A stretch of 64,000 nucleotides of DNA from Spirochaetia bacterium (GCA_965215345.1 CBDCDL010000001.1:845601-909600); one strand, 5' to 3'. Positions 7,795-16,993 are shown, counted from the first letter of the stretch. Program-made: numbers and translations. The notes: a model not told the origin generated them from the sequence alone.

Positions 7795-8806
7795 CTTCCT
7801 GCGCGGCGTTGTGGCCCGGGATCCCGGAGATTTCGCCTCCCGGGTGCTGGCCGGCTCCGCAAAGATAGAGACCGGGGAACGGCCCGCGGTAGCGGGAGAG
7901 CTCGGGCAGCGGGCGGTTCCAGAAGAGCTGGTCGCCGCCGTGCTGGATGTGCCAGATGCATCCGTCGGTGAGTCCGTTCTCCCGCTCCAGGTCGGCCGGC
8001 GTCCGCAGCTTCAGGTGGAGGATCGATCGTCGGAAGTTCGGCGCGTGGCGCGTGATCTGCTCCACCAGCCCTTCGGCGACCCGATCGCGCACCGTGTCCC
8101 AGTCGGTGTCCCTCAGCCTGGCGGGCGCCGGGTAGATCCACACCGAGGCCGTGTGCCGGCCCTCCGGCGCCAGGGTCGGATCGAGCGCCGACGGCACTGA
8201 GAAGTTGATGATGGGCTCTGCCGGCGGGCGGCCGGCGGCGCAGTCGGCGGATGCTGCGTCGACGCTCGCTTCGCTGCGGCCCAGCCCGACCACGCCGCGG
8301 CTCGGCAGCGCCGGGTCCCCGTCCCAGGCCCGCCAGTGCGGGAGCTCGTCCACGGCCGCCAGCAGCTTGTAGCAGCTTACCTCCGTGACCAGCGCGCTGA
8401 CGCGGCGCCGGAGCTGCGCCCTCGTCAGTTCCGGCGGTACCAGCCGCTCCGCTCCGGTCTCTTCCGCGGTGAGTTGAAGCGACAGATTGCGCGGGGATTC
8501 GTGGTCGGCCGGGCCCCAGTAGTCGCCGCCTGACACCGGCACGAGTGCCCCGGTGCGGGGAATCCCCACCAGGCCGCGCTCTTCGAGCCGAAGGTCTGCC
8601 TGAATCCCCGGATCCAGCGCGTGGACCATGTGGGCGCAGGTGGAGAAGCGGTACCCGGGCCACAGCTCTTCGGTGATGGCCGCGCCACCCACGAAGGACC
8701 GTCGCTCGAAGATCGCGACCCGCAGGCCGGCGTGGGCCAGATACCACGCGGCGGTCAGACCGTTGTGGCCGCCGCCGACGATCGCGACGTCCAGGTCAGG
8801 CGACAT
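7775..8806 (-). CDS. FAD/NAD(P)-dependent oxidoreductase, phytoene-desaturase (CrtI)-like, unusually short
   Basis: Has an N-terminal Rossmann DVAIVGGGHNGLTAAWYLAHAGLRVAIFERR..GGAA and a C-terminal LYLCGAGQHPGGEISGIPGHNAA. It is 343 aa, whereas relatives as I recall them are about 520 aa, so the middle appears shortened. Confidence 0.7.
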   Translation of the reverse strand: MSPDLDVAIVGGGHNGLTAAWYLAHAGLRVAIFERRSFVGGAAITEELWPGYRFSTCAHMVHALDPGIQADLRLEERGLVGIPRTGALVPVSGGDYWGPADHESPRNLSLQLTAEETGAERLVPPELTRAQLRRRVSALVTEVSCYKLLAAVDELPHWRAWDGDPALPSRGVVGLGRSEASVDAASADCAAGRPPAEPIINFSVPSALDPTLAPEGRHTASVWIYPAPARLRDTDWDTVRDRVAEGLVEQITRHAPNFRRSILHLKLRTPADLERENGLTDGCIWHIQHGGDQLFWNRPLPELSRYRGPFPGLYLCGAGQHPGGEISGIPGHNAAQEVIRDLT

Positions 8807-8869
8807 CTCTCGGGAACCCCGGCCGTTGTGCCGGATTCACGGGTACCGCCTTCCCTTGGCCGGAGACTG

Positions 8870-9838
8870 CTACTTCCTGACTCCGCGTGCGTCAGCGGTC
8901 CGGCGGGAGCCTGGGCCCACGGCGGCGCGCGCCGCGTTCAGGTCCTCCCTCGACATGACCGTGCGGGCGGCGCCGAGCGCCTCCTCGATCTGCTGCACGG
9001 TCTTGATGCCGCAGATCGCGGTGTCGATCGACGGATGCTGCACGGTCGCGGCAAGAACGAGCTGATAGATCGACAGGTCGTAGCGCTTCGCGATCGGGGC
9101 GAGATCCTGGACATTCGCACACAGCTCGGCGAAGCGCTCGCCCTGAAAGTCGGGATGGTGGGCGCGGAAGTCGGTGAAGGTCTCGGTGCCTCCGTACTTG
9201 CCGGAGAGCAGGCCCTTGTGCAGCGGGGAGTAGACCATCACGCCGATGCCCTCCGCCTGGCAGTACGGCAGCAGGTCGTCCTCCCCGGCCGGATCGATCA
9301 TGCTGTAGGGTGCCTGCACGACGGAGTGGCCGCCGAAGCGGCGCTGCGCGCGGAGTTGCTCGACGCCGTGATTGCTCACGCCGTAGGCGCGGATCTTGCC
9401 CTGCGCGCGGAGTCGGTCGAGTTGAGCGGCGGTCTCCTCCATGGGCGTGAGCGGATCGAAGCCGTGGAGCAGGTACAGGTCGATGGTATCGAGCCGCAGG
9501 CGCGTGAGGGACACCTCGCAACGGGCGGCGATGTTCTCGGCGGACAGGTCCGGCACCCGCGAGCCGTCGGGCTTGAAGTGGCTCAGCACCTTGGTGGTGA
9601 TCACCAGCTCGTCGCGAGGCAGGTCGGCGATCGTTTCGCCCAGGACCGTCTCCGCGTGGCCGTCGCCGTAGGCGTCGGCGGTGTCGAACAGGTTGATGCC
9701 GCCGTCGAAGGCGCGCCGGATCGCCCGAGCGATCTCTTCGCTGGACTGCTCGCCCCAGAATCGCGGGCTGAGCTGCCAGGTGCCGAATGAGATCGGCGAA
9801 ACCCGCAGGCCGCTCCGCCCGAGTTGCACGTGCTCCAT
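8870..9838 (-). CDS. aldo/keto reductase
   Basis: 322 aa. MEHVQLGRSGLRVSPISFGTWQL... and FDTADAYGDGHAETVLGE are classic AKR blocks. Confidence 0.9.
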   Translation of the reverse strand: MEHVQLGRSGLRVSPISFGTWQLSPRFWGEQSSEEIARAIRRAFDGGINLFDTADAYGDGHAETVLGETIADLPRDELVITTKVLSHFKPDGSRVPDLSAENIAARCEVSLTRLRLDTIDLYLLHGFDPLTPMEETAAQLDRLRAQGKIRAYGVSNHGVEQLRAQRRFGGHSVVQAPYSMIDPAGEDDLLPYCQAEGIGVMVYSPLHKGLLSGKYGGTETFTDFRAHHPDFQGERFAELCANVQDLAPIAKRYDLSIYQLVLAATVQHPSIDTAICGIKTVQQIEEALGAARTVMSREDLNAARAAVGPGSRRTADARGVRK

Positions 9839-9920
9839 GTCCCGTTCCTCCGCGCCGCAGTATAGGGCACGAGGCCTCGCCTTGATCGCGAGGCCGGCCG
9901 GCTCCTAACCTCGGCAGTCA

Positions 9921-11333
9921 GTGGACACGGACATCCAGGCGGTCGACGCGGAGGTGTACCTGCTGCCGGTGGGGACGCGGGTGCCGCTGAAGTTCGGCGC
10001 CGAAGCGCTGACCTCGGTGACCTGCGTTCGGGTGTCGCTGCAGGTGCAGGACGCCATGGGGCGCCAAGCGGTGGGGTGGGGCGAAACGCCGCTGAGCGTT
10101 CAGTGGGCGTGGCCGGGCGAACTGCCGTACCAGGAGCGGCACGATTCGATGCTCGACCTCTGCCTGCTGATCGCGGCCGATTGGCGCGACGCGCGGTTCT
10201 CCGGGCACCCGCTGGAGGTCGGGCACGCGTTCCTGCAGGAGCGTCTGCCGGCCTTGGTCGAGCGGATCAACCGCGGCCGGGAGCCGGAGGCGCGCATGCC
10301 GCGGCTCGCTGCGCTGGTGTGCGCGTCGGCGTTCGACCTGGCCCTGCACGACGCGTTCGGCGTGCTGCACGGGGTGCCGGCGTACGCGACCTACAACCGG
10401 CGCTACCTGAACCACGACCTGAGCCGCTACCTGACGCCGGCGGCCGGCAGCGGCGTGTCGTTCGCCGGCACCTTCCCCGAGGACTTTCTGCGGCCACGCC
10501 ATGACGAGCTGCCGGCGTGGCACTTGGTCGGGGGACTGGATCCGGTCGAGCCGGCCGAGCTGGACGGGAGCGAGCCGGACGACGGGTACCCGGTGCTGCT
10601 GAGCGACTGGGTGCGGCGCGACGGGCTCACGTGCCTCAAGATCAAGCTGCGCGGCACGGACGAGGCGTGGGACTACGGCCGGCTGGTGCAGGTAGGCTCG
10701 CTGGCCGTCGAGGAGGGGGTGGCGTGGCTGTCGGCCGACTTCAACTGCACCGTCACCGACCCCTTCTACGTGACCGCCATCCTCGACCGGCTGCTGCGCG
10801 AGCAGCCGCGGATCTACGGCATGCTCCTGTACGTGGAGCAACCCTTCCCGTACGACCTGGAACGCGACCGGCTGGACGTGCGCAGCGTGGCGGCGCGCAA
10901 GCCGCTGTTCATGGACGAGAGCGCCCACGACTGGGAGATGGTGCGCCTGGGCCGCGAGCTCGGCTGGTCCGGGGTGGCGCTGAAGACCTGCAAGACCCAG
11001 ACCGGCGCGCTGCTCAGCCTCTGCTGGGCGCACGCGCACGGCATGGCCCTGATGGTGCAGGACCTGACCAATCCGATGCTGGCGCAGATCCCGCACGTGC
11101 TGCTGGCGGCGCACGCGCCGACCATCATGGGCGTGGAGTCGAACGCCATGCAGTTCTATCCCGACGCCTCCGCTCCCGAAGCCGCCGTTCACCCGGGGCT
11201 GTACGGCCGGGCACGGGGGCGGCTGGACCTGTCCACCGTGAGCGGCCCCGGCTTCGGCTATCGCCTCGACGAGATCGATCGCCGCCTCCCCAAGTCGGAG
11301 CCCATCGGCGTCGGCGGCAGACGGTCCGGGTGA
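9921..11333 (+). CDS. enolase-superfamily (mandelate racemase/muconate lactonising enzyme-like) protein
   Basis: 470 aa with a GTG start. Shows a capping-domain pattern, then barrel motifs LKIKLRG, SADFNCT, YVEQPFP and FMDESAHDW. Confidence 0.75.
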   Translation: MDTDIQAVDAEVYLLPVGTRVPLKFGAEALTSVTCVRVSLQVQDAMGRQAVGWGETPLSVQWAWPGELPYQERHDSMLDLCLLIAADWRDARFSGHPLEVGHAFLQERLPALVERINRGREPEARMPRLAALVCASAFDLALHDAFGVLHGVPAYATYNRRYLNHDLSRYLTPAAGSGVSFAGTFPEDFLRPRHDELPAWHLVGGLDPVEPAELDGSEPDDGYPVLLSDWVRRDGLTCLKIKLRGTDEAWDYGRLVQVGSLAVEEGVAWLSADFNCTVTDPFYVTAILDRLLREQPRIYGMLLYVEQPFPYDLERDRLDVRSVAARKPLFMDESAHDWEMVRLGRELGWSGVALKTCKTQTGALLSLCWAHAHGMALMVQDLTNPMLAQIPHVLLAAHAPTIMGVESNAMQFYPDASAPEAAVHPGLYGRARGRLDLSTVSGPGFGYRLDEIDRRLPKSEPIGVGGRRSG

Positions 11334-11370
11334 CGGCGTGCGTACCGCCTACCCTCTTTCGTACCCTTAT

Positions 11371-12432
11371 TCAGGCGTCGCTACCCTCTTTCGTCAACAG
11401 GCGCCAACGAGCGCCGGGGCCGCGACCGCTGCACGTGACCTCGCCGGACTTCCGCAGATCGGCCAGGAGGCGACGAATCCACTCACGTCCGACGCCCGGA
11501 CAGGCGCGTTCCAGGTCCTGCAGGCGGAAGTCTCCCGGCTGGGCGCGAATCGCGGCCAGAACCAGCGCCGCCTTGGCGCCACGCGGGGCCTGAACCTGTC
11601 CAACGCGTTCTTCCAGTTCGCGATAGCCGCGACGAACGATCGTGAGCGTGAAGTCAAGCCATGGAGTCAGTTCGTGCCTGCCCTCGTGCCAGCCCTGGGA
11701 ACTGAGGTGCAGGCACTCGTAGTACCGATCGCGAACCTCCTCGACCAGGCGTTCGAGGCTCAGGTAGCGGCCGACCCGGTAGTCGTGTCGATAGAGCGCC
11801 AGGAGGGTGATCAGGCGGGACACGCGCCCGTTGCCGTCCCGAAATGGATGGATGCAGAGAAAGTCCAGCACGAGTGCGGCGATGGCGATCAGCGGAGGGA
11901 TGTGGTCCTGGTCGAGCGCGTGCCGGTAGCGGTGGCAGAGTTCCTTCACCGCGGCCGGCGTCTCCTTGGCTGTCACGCAACGGAACCGTAAGACTGGAGC
12001 GCGTCCGGGTTGTATCTCGACGATGTCGTTGTCGATACGCTTGAACTGCCCGGCGTCGCCACTGGCGGACTGACAGAGGGCATGCAGGCGAAGCAGGGTG
12101 TCCGGAGTGATGGGAAGGTCGGCGTAGCCGGAGTGGATCTCATCCAGTGCCCGGCGATAGCCCTGCACCTCCTGTTCGGAACGATCGCGCGGATTCGACC
12201 GGCCCAGGACCAACGCGTGCAGGCGCTCGCGACCGACCGTCACGCCTTCGATGCGATTGGAGGACTCGGCGCTCTGAATGACGGCAGCGTCACGGAGGGC
12301 CTTGAGGACCTGCGGCGATTGGCGGGAGAACAGATCCTGTCTTCCCCTGGACTCCGCGATGTCGTTGAGCAGCCACGCGGTGCTCATGGGCAACTGGTGA
12401 TCGCGCAGCCGGTTGCCGCGAAACGAATTCAT
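11371..12432 (-). CDS. Fic family protein (class II, N-terminal inhibitory helix, C-terminal wHTH-like tail)
   Basis: Fic core IHPFRDGNGRVSRL matches HxFx(D/E)GNGRxxR. The upstream SSNRIEG matches the (S/T)xxxE(G/N) auto-inhibition motif. 353 aa. Confidence 0.9.
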   Translation of the reverse strand: MNSFRGNRLRDHQLPMSTAWLLNDIAESRGRQDLFSRQSPQVLKALRDAAVIQSAESSNRIEGVTVGRERLHALVLGRSNPRDRSEQEVQGYRRALDEIHSGYADLPITPDTLLRLHALCQSASGDAGQFKRIDNDIVEIQPGRAPVLRFRCVTAKETPAAVKELCHRYRHALDQDHIPPLIAIAALVLDFLCIHPFRDGNGRVSRLITLLALYRHDYRVGRYLSLERLVEEVRDRYYECLHLSSQGWHEGRHELTPWLDFTLTIVRRGYRELEERVGQVQAPRGAKAALVLAAIRAQPGDFRLQDLERACPGVGREWIRRLLADLRKSGEVTCSGRGPGARWRLLTKEGSDA

Positions 12433-12563
12433 CGATCAGCGAGGCGCTCCACCCAGCACATGACGAGCTTGCTCCCACCGTACCACGTGGCCGGAGGGCC
12501 AGGTTGCACGAGCTTTGCTTTGCTGGCAGTCGGCGCCGCCGGCAGATTACGTTAGGGATCTCG

Positions 12564-13352
12564 ATGGCTGACGTTGCGTTCTCGGTGTTCACCAAAGCGT
12601 GGAAGACGGTGCCGCTCGGCCGGCTCGGCGAGTTGGTGCGGGGCATGGGATTCGAGGGAGTCGAGCTGCCGGTGCGGCCCGGCTTTCAGGTGGAGCCCGA
12701 GCGCGCGGGCCACGACCTTCGGGCGGCGGTCCGGCAACTCGCGGACGCGGGCGTGACGGTCTCCAGCGTGGCGGCGGCAGCCGACGAGCCGATGATCATG
12801 GCCTGCGCCGACGCCGGCGTGCCGGTGATCCGCATCATGGCGCCGATCCGCTCGGGCGAGAGCTATACCGAGGCCGAGGAGTGGTATCGGCGCGAGTTCG
12901 ATGGGCTGGTCCCGGCGCTGGACCGCGCGGGGATAGCGCTGGGCGTGCAGAACCACGCCGGCAGGCAGGTGGCGAACGCGATCGGCCTGCGCAGCCTGAT
13001 CGGCCGTTATGACCCGCGGCACGTCGCCGCGGTCTGGGACGCCGGACACGAAGCGGTAGCCGGGACCGAGCCGGAACTGGCGATCGACATCATCTGGCCG
13101 CACCTGCGCCTGGTGAACCTCAAGAACGCGATCTGGCTGCAGACCGCCGAGGCGGGCGCCGGGAGCGCCGAGTGGTCCCCGTACTGGACGGCCGGCCGGC
13201 TCGGGCTCAGCCCTTGGCCACGCGTGGCCGCCGAGCTGAAGCGGCGGGGCTACGCCGGCACGGTGTGCCTGACTGCCGAGTACAGCGGCGCGGCGTCGGT
13301 CGAGCGGCAGGCCGCCGAGGACCTGGCCTTCGCGCGGACGCTCTTCGCGTAG
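12564..13352 (+). CDS. sugar phosphate isomerase/epimerase (xylose isomerase-like TIM barrel)
   Basis: ATG at 12564. MADVAFSVFTKAW...GFEGVELPV...LGVQNHAG... is typical of AP-endonuclease-2/xylose-isomerase-like barrels. Confidence 0.75.
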   Translation: MADVAFSVFTKAWKTVPLGRLGELVRGMGFEGVELPVRPGFQVEPERAGHDLRAAVRQLADAGVTVSSVAAAADEPMIMACADAGVPVIRIMAPIRSGESYTEAEEWYRREFDGLVPALDRAGIALGVQNHAGRQVANAIGLRSLIGRYDPRHVAAVWDAGHEAVAGTEPELAIDIIWPHLRLVNLKNAIWLQTAEAGAGSAEWSPYWTAGRLGLSPWPRVAAELKRRGYAGTVCLTAEYSGAASVERQAAEDLAFARTLFA

Positions 13353-13411
13353 CCGCGGCGCGCGTTGACGTTGCGCGCCACGGTGCCCATGCTCGGTCGC
13401 GGGGGGTGAAC

Positions 13412-14485
13412 ATGAGCCAGAGCGACAGCACGGGACTGCGCGTGGCGGTGGCCGGCTGCCACCGCCAAGTCACGCGGCGCCCCGGGTCCCACAACTGGGC
13501 GACGGCGTTTGCCCAGGTGCCGGAGACGCGGGTGGTCGCCGTGTACGATCGGGGAGCTGATGCGCGCGACGAATTCCGCGCTGCGTGGCAGGCGACGTGG
13601 GGGGACATCGCCGCCTACGACGACTACGGGCGGATGCTCGGGGAGGTGAGGCCGGACATCGTCTGCATCGCCACCCGGCAGACCCACCACGCGCCCCAGA
13701 TCGAGCATGCGGTGGCCGCCGGGGTGCGCGGGGTCCTGTGCGACAAGCCGTTCGTCACCACGCTCGCCGAGGCGGACGCCGCGCTGGAGGCATGCCGGCA
13801 GTCCGGCGTGGCCATCGCCTGCGGCACCGAGATGCGCTGGGACGCGGCCTACGGCCTGCTGGCTCAGCGGTTGCGCGACGGACTGGTCGGCGAGGTGCAG
13901 GCCATCGTGGGCTACGGGGCGCCCAATCTGATCTTCCACGGCTGCCACTGGTACGACACCGCGCTGCTGCTGGCCGGCGATCCGGAACCGCTGTGGGTGA
14001 GCGGCCGGGTGGACGAGGCGGCGGCCGACGAGCCCGACGAGGGGCGCCGCCTCGACCCTCCGGGCCGTGCCTGGGTGGGGCTGGACAGCGGGGTGCTGCT
14101 GACCCTGCTGCCGGAGGGCGCCGGCCGCGGCTTCTCGGTCATCGGCAGCGGCGGCCGCCTGGAGATCGTCAACGACGCCCACCAGGCGTATCTGTGGGAG
14201 GCCACGTCCGGCGGTCGCGGCGCGGATCGCCTCGCCGCCACACCGGCGTCGATCGAGGTGCCGCAGCCGGACGCGACGTGGCCGCGGGGCGCCACCCTGG
14301 TGCGTGATCTGGCGCACGCGGTGCGCACCGGCGGCGCCACGAAGGGCGACGTGCCCCACATCCGCCGCGCCACCGAGATCGGCTTCGCGATCCACGAGTC
14401 GCATGCCGCCGGCGGCGCGGCCGTCAGCCTGCCGGTGACGGATCGCAGCCGGCGCATCGATCCTCGTCCCTGGGGCAACGACTGA
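13412..14485 (+). CDS. Gfo/Idh/MocA family oxidoreductase
   Basis: ATG at 13412 preceded by a GGGGGG run. LRVAVAGCH...RVVAVYDR...PDIVCIATRQTHHAPQIEHAVAAGVRGVLCDKP is the family's N-terminal Rossmann/EKP-like block. Confidence 0.85.
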   Translation: MSQSDSTGLRVAVAGCHRQVTRRPGSHNWATAFAQVPETRVVAVYDRGADARDEFRAAWQATWGDIAAYDDYGRMLGEVRPDIVCIATRQTHHAPQIEHAVAAGVRGVLCDKPFVTTLAEADAALEACRQSGVAIACGTEMRWDAAYGLLAQRLRDGLVGEVQAIVGYGAPNLIFHGCHWYDTALLLAGDPEPLWVSGRVDEAAADEPDEGRRLDPPGRAWVGLDSGVLLTLLPEGAGRGFSVIGSGGRLEIVNDAHQAYLWEATSGGRGADRLAATPASIEVPQPDATWPRGATLVRDLAHAVRTGGATKGDVPHIRRATEIGFAIHESHAAGGAAVSLPVTDRSRRIDPRPWGND

Positions 14486-14494
14486 GCGGATCGC

Positions 14495-14962
14495 CTACCA
14501 GCACCCGAGCAGGCGCCGCAGCAGCACGATCTGCCCCACGTGGTAGGCGTTGTGGTCGGCCAGCACCAGTGCCTCGCGCAGCAGGGTCTGTCCGGTGCCG
14601 TGCGGGATGCGCCGGTACAGGTTCGCCTGCGGGTCCCTGATCAGCGCGATCATCACGTCGCGGTCGGCCAGGAACGCGTCGACGCTCCGCTGCCAGGCGC
14701 CGGCCGGCGCCGCCACGGTGTCGGGCCAGTAGCCGTCCGGGAACTCCGGCGACACGTGGCCGGGGTCGCGGCTGAACTCCAGGATGTCCCACTGCGCGAT
14801 GCGCAGGTGCTCGAGCTGCTGCCACAGGGAGGAGGCGGCGCTCTCCGGGACCACACCGCGCAGGTCCTCGGGCACGTCCGCCACCGCCCGCTCGAACGGC
14901 AGATGGGCGCCGTGACCGGACAGCAGGGTCACCACGTGCTCGCGCACGGCCCCGTCACTCAT
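14495..14962 (-). CDS. DinB-family (DinB_2-like) metal-dependent protein
   Basis: 155 aa. Shows the histidine pattern of DinB four-helix bundles (HLRIAQWDIL...ADHNAYHVGQIVLLRR). The start overlaps the RidA stop by 8 nt (ATGAGTGA). Confidence 0.75.
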   Translation of the reverse strand: MSDGAVREHVVTLLSGHGAHLPFERAVADVPEDLRGVVPESAASSLWQQLEHLRIAQWDILEFSRDPGHVSPEFPDGYWPDTVAAPAGAWQRSVDAFLADRDVMIALIRDPQANLYRRIPHGTGQTLLREALVLADHNAYHVGQIVLLRRLLGCW

Positions 14963-15362
14963 TGCCGTCCTCCCTGGACCCCACCACCGCGTCCACCTCG
15001 ATCTCCACCAGGTGCTCGGGCAACATGAGGCCGGAGACCTCGGCCATGGTCATGGCCGGCCGCACGCCGCCGAGCAGCTCCGCGTGGGCGCGGCCTACGG
15101 GGTCGGCGTCGCCGATGTCGGTCACGTAGTAGCGGGCGCGCACCACGTCGGCGAGCGAGGCGCCGACGTCGCCGAGCGCCCGCTCGATCTTGCGCAGAAT
15201 GAACAGCGTCTGCCCGTGCGGGTCGCCGGCGGCCACGGGCTTGCCGTCGCTGCCGGTGGCGCTGGTGCCGGCCACGAAGACCAGGTCGCCGACGCGCAGG
15301 GCGCGCGAGTAGCCGTAACGCTCCTCCCAGGGAGCGCCGGACGAGGTTCGTTGCCGGTTCAC
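14955..15362 (-). CDS. RidA/YjgF/TdcF family reactive-intermediate deaminase
   Basis: 135 aa from GTG 15362, which overlaps the upstream stop as GTGA. YSRALRVGDLVFVAGTSA...GDPHGQTLFILRKIERAL...RARYYVTD...PAMTMAEVSGL is the RidA signature layout. Confidence 0.85.
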   Translation of the reverse strand: MNRQRTSSGAPWEERYGYSRALRVGDLVFVAGTSATGSDGKPVAAGDPHGQTLFILRKIERALGDVGASLADVVRARYYVTDIGDADPVGRAHAELLGGVRPAMTMAEVSGLMLPEHLVEIEVDAVVGSREDGNE

Positions 15363-16193
15363 GTGATTCCTCCTCGCCGGCGGTTGACGCCGGTCGCGCG
15401 CAGCCGCTCGACGGCCGGCCGCATGCGCGCCGCCAGCCGCTCGCCCATCTGAAGCATGCCGTGGTCGCCGGGGTGGATCATGTCGACGCACAGGCCACCG
15501 ACGTCGGTCAGCACGGACGGGCCGGGCACCAGCTCGATGCGGGACCCCAGGCCGTCCCGGCGGAGCCGTTCGACCACTCGCTCCAAGGCGAGCCGGAAAT
15601 CCTCCGGCGGCGCCGTGGCGTCGGGCATCACGTTCGACCAGTCGCCGTAGTAGGGATAAATGGTGATGCAGAAGACCGGCCGGACCGGCCTTTCTCGACC
15701 AACCTGTTTTACCAGGTAATGCGTCCGGCAGCTCGGCGGCGTCCGGCGTCCTCACATCGCCCTCGACGTCGTGCAGGCGGAAGATGCCGCGGAAGAGCAC
15801 GACCCGTACCACGCGCGGATGGAACGGCATCGCCGCCGCCAGGTCGTCCGGGATCGACTCGTAGGCGCGCCGCTGATCGTCGCCGATGCCGACGTCGATG
15901 GTGGTCGGCTCGGTGCCGATCGGGAAGACGTGCGGCCTGCCTGCCAGCGGGCCGTAGAACACGCGCGCGGTGGGCTGAAACTCCTGCAGGCCCTCCGCGG
16001 ACAGGGTGAGCCGCGCGCGTGTCCCGCGCAGCACGAAGCGGATCTCGGCCCCGGCCGCCAGCAGCGTCTTCTCCTGGGCCGGCTCCTCCAGGCGGGCGCG
16101 CACCTCCTCGGGGACGCGCTGCAGCCGCACCGAGCCGTCGGATTGCGGCACGGCCTCCTCGATGCCGTGCAGGGTGACGTCGTGGTATCTCAT
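15359..16193 (-). pseudogene. SGNH/GDSL-type esterase remnant (internal deletion plus frame change)
   Basis: The N-terminal beta-domain (MRYHDVTLHG...DAAELPD) is in one frame. The C-terminal block (RPVRPVFCITIYPYYGDW...VDMIHPGDHGMLQMGERLA) is in another, and they join near 15715-15735. About 100 aa carrying the GxSxT/GxSG catalytic blocks appear to be missing. Confidence 0.55.
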
Positions 16194-16453
16194 GGTGCCG
16201 GGCAGTATGAGGCTTGGGCACCCGCGACGGCGACACGCGCCGTTCGGCACGATTGAATCCTCAGGCCCAGGATCGGGTCGAAGATGGATCGATTTGGCAC
16301 GAAAAGGCTTATATTGGCCTAATATGGATCATAATGACACGCATGGCCGGAAAGAACGAGACCAATCTGCTTGTGGGTCCGGATTCATGTAAACGATGTA
16401 ACTCAATTTATTGAAACGAGTTGCTATCTGTATTGCGATCATATGGAACGAGT

Positions 16454-16469
16454 TGGCATGGGTTGTGCT
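16454..16469 (+). promoter_or_regulatory. sigma-54-like -24/-12 element upstream of the hsp20 gene
   Basis: TGGCATGGGTTGTGCT versus consensus TGGCACG-N4-TTGCW: GG/GC spacing is correct, with two mismatches. It lies 45 nt upstream of the ATG inside a 260-nt AT-rich leader. Unverified. Confidence 0.25.
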
Positions 16470-16513
16470 TCATAGCTGGCATGAGAAACAACCTCAACCA
16501 CAGGAGGAACACC

Positions 16514-16939
16514 ATGAGGAATCTCGTACCGTATCGACCCGGCCGCTTGAGCATCTTCGACGGGCTGGACCAGATCTTCGACGCGGTCTTCACCGAGCCG
16601 GTCTGGCGCACCGGCGCCCCGGCCGTCGACATCCGCGAAGAGGATGACGGCTACCTGGTGCAGGCGGAGCTGCCCGGCGTCGCCGAGAAGGACCTGAAGG
16701 TCAGCGTCGACGACAACGTGCTGACCATCTCGGCCAAGACCGGCAAGGACGCCGAGCGCAAGGCCGACGGCTACCTGGTCCGCGAGCGCCGCCACGCGGC
16801 GTACACGCGCAGCTTCGTGCTGCCGCGCGACTCGGACCACGAGGCCCTGACCGCCTCGTTCGAGGACGGACTGCTGACGCTGACCGTCCCCAAGACCGAG
16901 GCGAGCAAGGCCCGCCGGATCCCGGTCAACGCCGCGTAG
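16514..16939 (+). CDS. Hsp20/alpha-crystallin small heat-shock protein
   Basis: ATG at 16514 with an AGGAGG 7 nt upstream. Alpha-crystallin domain: VDIREEDDGYLVQAELPGVAEKDLKVSVDDNVLTISA...FVLP...ASFEDGLLTLTVPK. Confidence 0.9.
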   Translation: MRNLVPYRPGRLSIFDGLDQIFDAVFTEPVWRTGAPAVDIREEDDGYLVQAELPGVAEKDLKVSVDDNVLTISAKTGKDAERKADGYLVRERRHAAYTRSFVLPRDSDHEALTASFEDGLLTLTVPKTEASKARRIPVNAA

Positions 16940-16958
16940 CGCCGCTGATCGGACCCGC

Positions 16959-16993
16959 GAAAGCCCCACCGGCTCCGGCCGGCCGGGGCTTTC
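16959..16993 (+). terminator. GC-rich hairpin downstream of hsp20
   Basis: GAAAGCCCC...GGGGCTTTC forms a perfect 9-bp outer stem with an inner CCGGC/GCCGG stem, 20 nt after the stop codon. No clear T-tract follows. Confidence 0.4.

Noticed and set aside
14955-16250. Single 431-aa esterase-RidA fusion protein as listed in the ORF track
   Set aside because: The middle about 140 aa are Arg/Pro/Ala-rich nonsense, and the esterase C-terminal block is in another frame. The best explanation is a dead esterase frame reading through into an independent RidA gene.
16295-16310. Second sigma-54-like element TGGCACGAAAAGGCTT
   Set aside because: The GG-to-GC spacing is one base short of the consensus, and the element lies more than 200 nt from the hsp20 start.
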